A stretch of 51,539 nucleotides of DNA, taken from positions 1 to 51,539 of the forward strand of contig QHNT01000205.1 of NCBI GenBank assembly GCA_003218515.1, written 5' to 3'. Of the stretch, positions 15,292 to 23,409 are shown in pieces. A model generated the notes under the pieces. That model searched no databases and was not told the DNA's origin. It saw only the letters and a program-made list of their open reading frames with translations. This DNA is from Verrucomicrobiota bacterium (GTDB lineage Bacteria > Verrucomicrobiota > Verrucomicrobiia > Limisphaerales > AV2). Each line of letters begins with the position of its first letter. Position 1 is the stretch's first letter. The translations under genes and the position numbers were made by a program.

Positions 15292-17136
15292 ATGCCCAAA
15301 TTCGATTCCGAACTGTTGGCCAAAGCCAAATCGCTCGGATTTTCCGACCGGCAAATCGCAAATCTTTCCGGCAAAACCGAGGACGAAATTCGCGCGCTGC
15401 GAAAAACACTCGGACTCGTTCCGAGCTATCGTCTCGTGGACACCTGCGCCGCCGAATTTGAGGCTTACACACCCTACTATTATTCGACTTACGACCGCGG
15501 CGACGACGAAGTGCAGCCTTCGGACAAGCGCAAGATAATGATTCTCGGCGGCGGTCCGAACCGGATCGGCCAGGGCATTGAGTTCGATTACTGCTGCGTG
15601 CACGCCGCGTTCGCGCTCAAAGGAGACGGCTTCGAGACGCTCATGGTCAACTCGAACCCGGAGACGGTTTCCACCGACTACGACACGAGCGACAAACTTT
15701 TTTTCGAGCCGCTCACGTTGGAGGACGTGCTTCACATTTACGAGCGGGAACAATGCTGGGGCGCCGTCGCGCAGTTCGGCGGGCAGACGCCCCTGAACCT
15801 CGCGCTCGGGTTGCAAAAGAACGGAGTCAATATCATCGGCACTTCACCGGAGAGCATTGAAATCGCCGAGGACCGCAAGCTCTTTGCCGCCATGCTCAAC
15901 AAGCTCAATATCCCGCAGCCGCCCAACGGAATTGCGACGAATGAAGTTGGAGCGCTCGAAGTCGCGAAGGAGCTTGGCTACCCGATCCTGGTGCGACCTT
16001 CCTTCGTGCTGGGCGGGCGCGCGATGCAAATCGTCTATTCCGACGCCGAGTTGCAGCACTACATGCGGTTCGCGGTCGAAGCCTCCCCCGAACGCCCCGT
16101 GCTGGTGGACAAATTCCTCGAAGACGCGACGGAAGTGGACGTCGATTGCATCGCTGACGTCGGGCATTTTGAAAAGTGGGACAGGGCTTCCAGCCTGTCC
16201 GCCAATTCCAAAGACCGGCTGGAGGCCCGTCCCACCATCGTCATCGGCGGGATGCTCGAGCACATCGAGTTTGCCGGCGTGCATTCCGGGGATGCAGCGA
16301 TGGTCCTGCCACCGCACACGTTGCCGAAAAGCGTCATCGAAACCATCCGCGAATACACTCATGCCATGGCGCGCGAGTTGAAAGTCATTGGCTTGATGAA
16401 CGTGCAATTCGCCGTGAAGGGCGAAATGGTTTACGTGTTGGAAGTGAATCCGCGGGCGTCACGGACCGTGCCGTTTGTCAGCAAGGCCATTGGCGTGCCG
16501 CTGGCGAAACTCGCGGCGAAAGTGATGGCCGGCAGGAAATTGACCGAACTCGGTTTTACAAAAGAGATCTGGCCGAAGTATTGGGCGGTCAAAGAGTCCG
16601 TCTTTCCGTTCAACCGTTTTCACGGCCAGGACATTTTGCTGTCGCCGGAAATGCGTTCGACCGGCGAGGTCATGGGTCTGGACGCCGACCTCGGCATCGC
16701 CTACGCGAAATCGCAAATGGCCGCGAACGCGCCGTTGCCGTTGTGCGGTCGCGTCTTCATCAGCGTCAGTGACGCCCACAAGAAGGACGCTGTCGCCGTA
16801 GCCCGGCAATTTGCCGAGCTGGGCTTTGAAATCATTTCCACCACCGGCACGGCGACGGTGCTGGACAAGGCAGGCCTGAAAGTACAGCGCATTTTCAAGC
16901 TGGCTGAAGGCCGCCCCAACGCGCTGGACCTGCTCAAGAATCGCGAGATTCATCTGGTTATTAACACGCCGTCCGGCCAGGTGCCCCGCGCTGATGAGGT
17001 GAAAATCCGCACCACTGCGGTTTACACGAACACGCCGATTATGACCACGCTCAGCGGCGCGCGGGCCGCGGCGCTTGGTATTGCCGCCCTGAAGAAGTCC
17101 GGTTACTCGGTGAAGACGCTGCAGGAATATCATTGA
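15292..17136 (+). CDS. carB: carbamoyl-phosphate synthase large subunit, C-terminal half only (oligomerisation + second ATP-grasp + MGS-like domains)
   Basis: The ORF begins in the oligomerisation domain (LLAKAKSLGFSDRQIA...VDTCAAEFEAYTPYYYSTY). It then has the second ATP-grasp (IMILGGGPNRIGQGIEFDYCCVH, MNVQFAVKGEMVYVLEVNPRASRTVPF) and the allosteric domain. It has its own ATG, and only 92 nt separate it from the preceding gene. Confidence 0.9.
   Translation: MPKFDSELLAKAKSLGFSDRQIANLSGKTEDEIRALRKTLGLVPSYRLVDTCAAEFEAYTPYYYSTYDRGDDEVQPSDKRKIMILGGGPNRIGQGIEFDYCCVHAAFALKGDGFETLMVNSNPETVSTDYDTSDKLFFEPLTLEDVLHIYEREQCWGAVAQFGGQTPLNLALGLQKNGVNIIGTSPESIEIAEDRKLFAAMLNKLNIPQPPNGIATNEVGALEVAKELGYPILVRPSFVLGGRAMQIVYSDAELQHYMRFAVEASPERPVLVDKFLEDATEVDVDCIADVGHFEKWDRASSLSANSKDRLEARPTIVIGGMLEHIEFAGVHSGDAAMVLPPHTLPKSVIETIREYTHAMARELKVIGLMNVQFAVKGEMVYVLEVNPRASRTVPFVSKAIGVPLAKLAAKVMAGRKLTELGFTKEIWPKYWAVKESVFPFNRFHGQDILLSPEMRSTGEVMGLDADLGIAYAKSQMAANAPLPLCGRVFISVSDAHKKDAVAVARQFAELGFEIISTTGTATVLDKAGLKVQRIFKLAEGRPNALDLLKNREIHLVINTPSGQVPRADEVKIRTTAVYTNTPIMTTLSGARAAALGIAALKKSGYSVKTLQEYH
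16178..16233. repeat. in-frame palindromic element inside carB
   Basis: The arm gggacagggcttccagcctgtcc (16178-16200) and the arm gaccggctggaggcccgtccc (16213-16233) are near-perfect inverted repeats. They encode WDRASSLSANSKDRLEARP, inserted where CarB homologs read D-x-x-V-L-I-GG-I-M-EHIE. Confidence 0.65.
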
Positions 17137-17143
17137 GGAGCAC

Positions 17144-17194
17144 GGAGTAATGGAGTATTGAGCACTGGGGTACTCCACGCCACTCCATTACTCC
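17144..17194. terminator. bidirectional hairpin / REP element between convergent carB and the TauE gene
   Basis: ggagtaatggagt (17144-17156) and actccattactcc (17182-17194) are perfect 13-nt inverted repeats, with a nested ggagta...tactcc stem inside. Confidence 0.55.
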
Positions 17195-17195
17195 T

Positions 17196-17830
17196 TTATC
17201 TTCCGAACACTTCCCAGCCGTAGCGCAGAATCATTACCGCGACAACCACCAGGAAAAAGACACGGACGAAGGCGTTTCCTTTGAGAATGGCGAGCCGGCT
17301 TCCCGTCCACGCGCCCAGCATATTGCACAGCCCCATCGGCACTGCGAATTGGTAAAAAATTCTGTGCGCGGCGGCGAAGTAAATCACCGCGGAAAGGTTC
17401 GTGACAAAGTTGATCACCTTCGCGCTGGCCGACGCCGTCAGGAAGTCGAAGCCAAACAGTCCGATGAAAATGAAAATCAGAAAGCTGCCCGTGCCTGGCC
17501 CGAAAAAACCGTCGTAAAAGCCGATCACTACGCCAACCAGAATGCCGAACTGCCGTTCGCGATGAGCCGTGAACTGCGGCGCGTGCAGGTTGCCGAAGTC
17601 CTTACGCCAATAGGTGTGGATGGCGACGACGCCGAGCAGCACGAGCAGCAGATGGAGGAAAGCTTGTTCGTGCCGAAAACCGATACCAACGAGTCTGGCA
17701 GCGGGGATGGAAGAAAAATGAAGAGCGCGGGAAGTTGAATCAGGCCGCCGCCGCCGACGACAGAGTCCACAAAGCCGGCGAGAAAGGCGAACAGGCACAG
17801 CCACAGGGTTTCCACGGGGCGAGAATACAC
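17196..17830 (-). pseudogene. TauE/SafE (YfcA-like) sulfite-exporter family gene with internal deletion and frameshift
   Basis: The N-terminal frame gives FLAGFVDSVVGGGGLIQLPALFIF...FGTNKLSSI. A different frame then continues LLLVLLGVVAIHTYWRKDFG...GFYDGFFGPGTGSFLIF.... About 45-60 residues between these conserved blocks are missing. Confidence 0.7.
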
Positions 17831-17898
17831 AGAGCTTTGCGGATTTTGCCAGATTGAGGGCAGGGCAGAGCGCAGCCGCTATAACCGGTGACGACGAA

Positions 17899-17922
17899 CT
17901 TTTGTTGCATATGCAACAAAAG
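17899..17922. promoter_or_regulatory. perfect 24-bp palindrome, candidate operator
   Basis: cttttgttgcat|atgcaacaaaag, flanked on both sides by (a/c)accggtg. It lies in the divergent gap between the TauE remnant and the response-regulator side. Confidence 0.4.
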
Positions 17923-17933
17923 ATTGCACACCG

Positions 17934-18182
17934 GTGGAAACGCCGGTTCAGTGGGAAGGGACGACACCGCGGCCGAACTCGGTGAGCGTCGTTGCGTCAT
18001 CCGAATCCACTTTCAAACTCGTCGAGACCGGCGCGAGCAAGAGTCTCTTGCGCGAAATTGACGACGAAGGATTGCTGGCGTTGTTCGCCGGCAAGCCGGT
18101 GGCTCTGGTGCGTCGCGGGCCGAATCAGGCGGAGTTGATTTTTTTGAGTCCCGAGGACGCAAAAGGGTTCCCCGTCCAGTAG
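17934..18182 (+). CDS. hypothetical small protein
   Basis: 82-codon ORF with a GTG start, no recognisable family. It is followed by a small ggcagc...gctgcc hairpin. Confidence 0.25.
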   Translation: METPVQWEGTTPRPNSVSVVASSESTFKLVETGASKSLLREIDDEGLLALFAGKPVALVRRGPNQAELIFLSPEDAKGFPVQ

Positions 18183-18287
18183 GAGGCAGCGATTCCCCTT
18201 TGAGCTGCCGTGAAGGCAAAGCCCCGATACGGACGCCAGCGCGCGTTTTCACATGACAGGCGCGATTCAAAGTGCTACACAGCGTTC

Positions 18288-18803
18288 ATGCAATCATCGG
18301 CCATGGCCCGCGACGGTCGCAGTTTATTTTCCAGCGGCGCAGTGAAGCGCGTTCTGCTCGTGGAGGACGAGCCTGACCTGACAGTGTTGCTGAAGGATTA
18401 TCTGGAGGGGTACTTTTATCGTGTGACCACGGTTGGGAACGGTGTCGATGGACTTAAAGCCATCATGGATTCGGACTTTGACGTGGTCCTCTGCGACGTG
18501 GTGATGCCGCAAATGCCCGGCGACATGTTTTACCGCGCGGTTCGACGGGTCCAACCGCAATTGTGCGATCGGTTCATCTTCATCACGGCGCACGGAGAAG
18601 ACCCGCGTGTCGTGGAATTTCTAAATCACGTGAGCGAGATGGTCCTGATGAAACCGTTTCATCTGGATGACTTGCTGGAGATGATTTTGCTCCTGTTCCG
18701 CGAATTGGAAAGCACGACCAACCGGCTGGTTTTTCCCGAAGAACCGCTCGCCCTTCCGCCCGTTCCGGCGCAGATGGAGTTGCCTCCCCGCCAGTCAGCT
18801 TGA
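18288..18803 (+). CDS. single-domain response regulator (CheY-like receiver)
   Basis: VLLVEDEPDL...DVVLCDVVMPQMPGDMFY...FIFITAHGE...LMKPF. ATG 18288 is preferred over the upstream GTG 18210. Confidence 0.8.
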   Translation: MQSSAMARDGRSLFSSGAVKRVLLVEDEPDLTVLLKDYLEGYFYRVTTVGNGVDGLKAIMDSDFDVVLCDVVMPQMPGDMFYRAVRRVQPQLCDRFIFITAHGEDPRVVEFLNHVSEMVLMKPFHLDDLLEMILLLFRELESTTNRLVFPEEPLALPPVPAQMELPPRQSA

Positions 18804-19472
18804 TCACTTTTCCTGGCTTTGGCCCTTGCCGGTGTGCCGGATGTCCTTCGCTTCGTAGAGATAGACGACTTCCTCAGCTACGTTCGTGGCGTGGTCGGCG
18901 ATCCGTTCCAGGCTTTTGGAAATCACCATCAGGTTGAGGCAGCGTGTGATAGTGGTCGGCCTTTCAACCATGTAACTGGACAGCTCGCGATGCAGTTGTC
19001 GGTTCAACGCGTCCACCTCCTTGTCGCGCGGGATGACCGCGCGGGCTTTTTCCGGATTGGCGTTGACGAAGGCCTCGAGCGCGTCGCCGAGCATTTCCAA
19101 CGCCATCTTCGCCATGCGCGGGATGTCGATGTAAGGCTTGAGTTGCGGCTCCTGGCCCAGCTCGACGGCCCGGCGGGAAATGGTTGTGGCTTCGTCACCC
19201 ACGCGCTCGAGGTCATGCGAGATTTTCATGGCCACGGTAATCAGCCTCAGATCGCTGGCCAGTGGCGCCTTGGAGAGCAGCCCGATCGCCATTTCGTCCA
19301 CTTCGATCTCCAACTGATCAATGGCGTTGTCTTCCTCCTTCACGCTCCGGGCGAGGTCGTCGTCACGATCAACCAGCGCCTTAAGGGCGTTGTTGACGGC
19401 GGCTTCGGCCTTGCTGGCCATGGTCAACAGTATCTCTTTCAGCGCGGCGAGTTCCTGGTCGAAGTGTTGCAT
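18804..19472 (-). CDS. phoU: phosphate signalling complex protein PhoU
   Basis: Two PhoU repeats with conserved E/D-x-x-x-D metal motifs (DLERVGDEAT, SLERIADHATN). It is the last gene of the pst operon. Confidence 0.92.
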   Translation of the reverse strand: MQHFDQELAALKEILLTMASKAEAAVNNALKALVDRDDDLARSVKEEDNAIDQLEIEVDEMAIGLLSKAPLASDLRLITVAMKISHDLERVGDEATTISRRAVELGQEPQLKPYIDIPRMAKMALEMLGDALEAFVNANPEKARAVIPRDKEVDALNRQLHRELSSYMVERPTTITRCLNLMVISKSLERIADHATNVAEEVVYLYEAKDIRHTGKGQSQEK

Positions 19473-19483
19473 AATTCTTCAAA

Positions 19484-20371
19484 TCAACCGAACCGCCCGG
19501 TCACGTAATCCTCCGTCTGTTTCCTGGCCGGGCTGGTGAAGATTTTGCGTGTCGCGTCGAACTCGATCAATTCGCCGAGATACAAGAAGGCCGTGAAATC
19601 CGAGATGCGCGCGGCCTGCTGCATGTTGTGCGTGACGATGACGATGGTGAAGTCCTTCTTCAACTCAAGAATCAGATCTTCGATTTTGGCGGTCGCCAGC
19701 GGGTCCAGCGCGGAAGCGGGTTCGTCCATCAGCAGCACTTCCGGCTGAACGGCCAGCGCGCGCGCGATGCAGAGGCGCTGTTGCTGACCGCCTGACAGGC
19801 TGATGGCCGGAGCGTGCAGCCGATCTTTGACTTCGTCCCACAGCGCGGCCATGCGCAGCGATTTTTCCATTCGGTCCACCAGCGTCGCGCGGGCCCGCAC
19901 GCCGTTGAGCCGCAAGCCGACCGTCACGTTGTCGGCAATGGACATGGTCGGAAAGGGGTTCGATTTCTGAAACACCATGCCGACGCGTCGGCGAACGATC
20001 ACCGGCTCGACGCGGCCCGCGTAAATGTCCTCGCCGAAGAGGCGAATCTCGCCCGTCATGCGCGCCTCCGGCACCAGCTCGTGCATGCGATTCAACGCGC
20101 GCAGAAAAGTGGATTTGCCGCAGCCGCTCGGACCGATGATCGCGGTGACCGCCCGCGCCTGGACTTCGAGCGAAACGCTCTTGAGCACCTGATTCTTCCC
20201 GAAATAAATGGAAAGGTTTTTCACGGTGAGCGCAGAAATTGAAGCAGTCGAGGTTCGAGAGTCGAGGGCCGAGGGCAGCGCATCCGGATTTGGCTCTCGA
20301 CTCTCGACTCTCGGCTCTCGGCGAGTCTGTGAAATAATTTTCTCTTCTTCGGGAGGCATGATCAGATTCAT
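19484..20371 (-). CDS. pstB: phosphate ABC transporter ATP-binding protein with repeat-derived N-terminal extension
   Basis: Walker [10 protein letters not shown], signature LSGGQQQRL, Walker B LLMDEP. The ATG overlaps the pstA stop (ATGA). The first ~45 residues are extra relative to typical PstB. Confidence 0.9.
   Translation of the reverse strand: MNLIMPPEEEKIISQTRREPRVESREPNPDALPSALDSRTSTASISALTVKNLSIYFGKNQVLKSVSLEVQARAVTAIIGPSGCGKSTFLRALNRMHELVPEARMTGEIRLFGEDIYAGRVEPVIVRRRVGMVFQKSNPFPTMSIADNVTVGLRLNGVRARATLVDRMEKSLRMAALWDEVKDRLHAPAISLSGGQQQRLCIARALAVQPEVLLMDEPASALDPLATAKIEDLILELKKDFTIVIVTHNMQQAARISDFTAFLYLGELIEFDATRKIFTSPARKQTEDYVTGRFG
20247..20325. repeat. heptamer-based palindromic element inside the pstB 5' region
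   Basis: gtcgaggttcgagagtcgagggccgaggg (20247-20275) versus ctctcgactctcgactctcggctctcggcgag (20294-20325). These are inverted blocks of cgagagt-type heptamers and encode [24 protein letters not shown]. Confidence 0.65.
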
Positions 20372-21228
20372 GGGTTCTTGTGGATGCGGTCGCGCGTCAG
20401 GACCCGCACGGTCACGTTGATGGCAGTGATGAGCAGCAATAGAACCAGCGCCCCGGCCCAGGCCTGGCGGTGCCAGTCGTCGTAAGGCGAAATCGCATAA
20501 CTGAAGATTTGCAGCGGCAGGGCGGCGATGGGGTCGGAAAGGTTGTTGTTCCAGAACCGATTGCCCAATGCCGTGAAGATCAGCGGCGCGGTTTCGCCCG
20601 CCACGCGCGCCACGGCGAGCAGCACGCCCGTGACGATGCCTTTGAGAGCCGTGCGCACGACGATCTGCGCGATCGTCCGCCATTGCGCGATTCCCAGCGC
20701 GAGCGCGGCCTCGCGATAGCCGTCCGGCACGAGCAACAGCACTTCTTCGGTGGTTCGCATAATGAGGGGAATCATCATCATGCCGAGCACAACGCCGCCG
20801 GCCCACGCAGAGTAAGTGCGCATCGGCAAGACCATCAACGCGTAAACGACAATGCCCCAGATGATCGACGGCACGCCGTTGAGCACGTCCGCGCCAAAAC
20901 GAATCGGCCCGGTCAACCTCGATGAGGCGTATTCGGAAAGATAAACGCCAGCGAGCACGCCGACCGGCATGCCGATGATTGCGGCAATTCCCAGCAAGAT
21001 AAAGGAGCCGGCGATGGCATTGGCCATGCCGCCGCCGCCCTCGCCGACCGGCTTGGGGAGTTTCGTGAAAAAGTCCCAGTTCACCGCGCCGATGCCGGAT
21101 TTGACGAGGTAATAAAATACGAATGCGAGCGGAGCGATGACGAGCAGCGCGCAAACAAGTGTGAGCGCCTGCACGAGGGCATTCTTGGTTTTGCGCCAGC
21201 GATGGTTGGATGCGGTCATGGGGTTCAC
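20368..21228 (-). CDS. pstA: phosphate ABC transporter permease PstA
   Basis: Six-TM permease with the EAA-type loop ([15 protein letters not shown]). Position in the pstSCAB order. Confidence 0.9.
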   Translation of the reverse strand: MNPMTASNHRWRKTKNALVQALTLVCALLVIAPLAFVFYYLVKSGIGAVNWDFFTKLPKPVGEGGGGMANAIAGSFILLGIAAIIGMPVGVLAGVYLSEYASSRLTGPIRFGADVLNGVPSIIWGIVVYALMVLPMRTYSAWAGGVVLGMMMIPLIMRTTEEVLLLVPDGYREAALALGIAQWRTIAQIVVRTALKGIVTGVLLAVARVAGETAPLIFTALGNRFWNNNLSDPIAALPLQIFSYAISPYDDWHRQAWAGALVLLLLITAINVTVRVLTRDRIHKNP

Positions 21229-22202
21229 TGCGGTTTCGCACCCGCGCCGCCGAAGGTTTTCAACAACAATTGTGCCGCGGCGTTGACGAGAATCGTCACG
21301 CCGAGCAGCACGAGGCCGATTTCAAACAGCCCGCTTCGATACACATCGCCGGTAGCTTCGTTGAATTCGTTGGCGATGACGCTGGCGAGGGTGTAGCCCG
21401 GCGCGAAGAGCGACGGGGCGATTTGCGGATTGTTGCCGATGACCATTGTGACCGCCATGGTTTCGCCGAGCGCGCGGCCGAGGCCGAGAATGACTGCGCC
21501 GAACAGGCCTTTCTTCGCGTAGCTGAGCACGGCGATGCGGGTGACTTCCCATCGCGTCGCGCCCAGCGCGTAAGCCGCTTCGCGCTGCAAGCCGGGAACG
21601 GAGCGGAGAATCTCGCGGGACACCGAGGTGATAATCGGCACGATCATGATGGCGATGATGATCCCGCCGGCCAAGAAGCTGACGCCATAAATCGGTCCTT
21701 GGAACAGTGGCAGAAAGCCGAGCGCGCTTCGGAGCCAGAGGAACAAGTGTTCTCGCAGCCACGGCACCATCACGAAAATGCCCCAAAGACCGAGGATGAC
21801 GCTGGGCACGGCCGCGAGCAGTTCGATGAACACCGTGAGCGGCTGCCGCAACCATGGCGGCGCCAGCTCCGTGAGAAATACGGCGCTGGCGATGCTGAGC
21901 GGCACGGCGATCAGGAGCGCGATCAGCGACGAAACGACCGTTCCGAAGATGAATGGCAACGCCCCGAACTGCTCGTTCACCGGGTCCCATTCGGAACTGG
22001 AGAGAAAGCGCCATCCGAATTTCTGGAGAGCCAAATGCGAGCCGCGCCAGAGTTCGAATCCGACGAGGACAATCAAAGCGAAAACCGACAACGCCATCAG
22101 CAAAGTCAACCACTTGAATACGCGGTCGCCCAGTTGGCGCACCGCCGGAGGTTGCGCCGTTGCCATGGACTCCGGGACGATGCTGTCGGCCTGATTCATC
22201 AT
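21225..22202 (-). CDS. pstC: phosphate ABC transporter permease PstC
   Basis: Permease with loop [14 protein letters not shown]. 4-nt overlap with pstA. Confidence 0.9.
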   Translation of the reverse strand: MMNQADSIVPESMATAQPPAVRQLGDRVFKWLTLLMALSVFALIVLVGFELWRGSHLALQKFGWRFLSSSEWDPVNEQFGALPFIFGTVVSSLIALLIAVPLSIASAVFLTELAPPWLRQPLTVFIELLAAVPSVILGLWGIFVMVPWLREHLFLWLRSALGFLPLFQGPIYGVSFLAGGIIIAIMIVPIITSVSREILRSVPGLQREAAYALGATRWEVTRIAVLSYAKKGLFGAVILGLGRALGETMAVTMVIGNNPQIAPSLFAPGYTLASVIANEFNEATGDVYRSGLFEIGLVLLGVTILVNAAAQLLLKTFGGAGAKPQ

Positions 22203-22296
22203 TCTGCTTTCTTAGGCACACCGCATTTGCATTAAAAGTAAAAAGGACGAAGGCCGAACTGTAAGCGCTCTTCGTCCCCGCTGGCCCCAATCCTGA

Positions 22297-22348
22297 GTGG
22301 TCTATTTCATAAATACGCATACGTGTGCGTATTTATGAAATAGACCAC
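22297..22348 (-). promoter_or_regulatory. 52-nt perfect AT-rich hairpin between pstS and pstC
   Basis: The 23-nt arm gtggtctatttcataaatacgca, the loop tacgtg, then the exact reverse complement tgcgtatttatgaaatagaccac. It is the most AT-rich stretch of the operon. Confidence 0.6.
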
Positions 22349-22368
22349 TTAGCGCCAGAAATGCGAAG

Positions 22369-23370
22369 TCAGTACCGGATTGACTTGATCCGCTCCAACA
22401 CGCGCTTCTGAACGTTTTCCGGCAATGGAGCGTAATCGAGCGCCGCAGCCATCGCTTCACCCTGGGTCGCCGCCCAGTTCAAAAACTCCACCAGCTTTTT
22501 TCCTTTGGCGGCGTCTTTCTGCTCCTCGTAAACGAGCAGCCAGGTGGCGCCGCTGATCGGATAAGCCCGTTCTCCCGGCGGGTTGACCATCGAGAAACGG
22601 AAGTCATCCGGTATCTTCGCGGTGGCCAAAGCTTCGGTAATCGACTCGATACCGGGGGCAACATAATTGCCGGAGGCGTTTTTCACGTCCGCGTAGGGCA
22701 GCTTGTTCTGTTTGGCGTAAGCCAACTCCACGTAACCGACCGTTCCCGGCAGTTGTTTCACCTGGCCGGCGACACCTTCATTGCCCTTTCCACCCAAACC
22801 CACCGGCCATCGGACCGAGGTGCCCCGCCCCACTCTGGCTTCCCACTCCTTGCTCACACTGCTGAGATAATCGACCCAGATGTAGGTGGTCCCACTGCCA
22901 TCGGAACGATGCACCACAATGATGTCCGAGCTCGGAAGTTGCACTCCGTGATTTTGCGCCTGGATTTTGGGGTCGTTCCAGCGGGTGATTTTGCCCAAAA
23001 AGATGTCCACGATCGTCGGGCCGTCGAGCTTCAACTTCGGATGGTCCGGCAGATTGTAAGTGAGGACATCCGCGCCGGCGACGGTCGGGATGTGCAGGAG
23101 TTTCCCCGTGGCTTTGGCAAGATTTTCGTCGCTCATCGGTCCGTCCGACGCGCCGAAGTCCACGGTCCGGGCCAGGATTTGTTTCTGCCCGCCGCCGGAG
23201 CCGATGGACTGGTAGTTGAACCGCACGGAGGGATCGATTTTGGCGTATTCGTCAAACCACTTGGAGTAGATCGGATAGGGAAACGTGGCGCCCGCGCCGT
23301 TGATGAGCATTTGCGCGGCAGCGTTGGCCGCCAGGCCGAGCGCACAGAGAATGAAGCAGAGATTTCTCAT
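22369..23370 (-). CDS. pstS: phosphate ABC transporter substrate-binding protein PstS
   Basis: Signal peptide, then INGAGATFPYPIYSKW and GSGGG motifs typical of PstS. Confidence 0.92.
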   Translation of the reverse strand: MRNLCFILCALGLAANAAAQMLINGAGATFPYPIYSKWFDEYAKIDPSVRFNYQSIGSGGGQKQILARTVDFGASDGPMSDENLAKATGKLLHIPTVAGADVLTYNLPDHPKLKLDGPTIVDIFLGKITRWNDPKIQAQNHGVQLPSSDIIVVHRSDGSGTTYIWVDYLSSVSKEWEARVGRGTSVRWPVGLGGKGNEGVAGQVKQLPGTVGYVELAYAKQNKLPYADVKNASGNYVAPGIESITEALATAKIPDDFRFSMVNPPGERAYPISGATWLLVYEEQKDAAKGKKLVEFLNWAATQGEAMAAALDYAPLPENVQKRVLERIKSIRY

Positions 23371-23409
23371 AATCCTTCGAGTCAGTTAAGCTGAATTTTG
23401 CAGGGACGA

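Noticed and set aside
19484-21241. 585-aa ORF apparently fusing a long N-terminal region to PstB
   Set aside because: The first ~290 residues are an Arg/Gly/His-rich alternative frame over pstA and lack any ABC features. PstB homology starts after the ATG at 20371, which overlaps the pstA stop.
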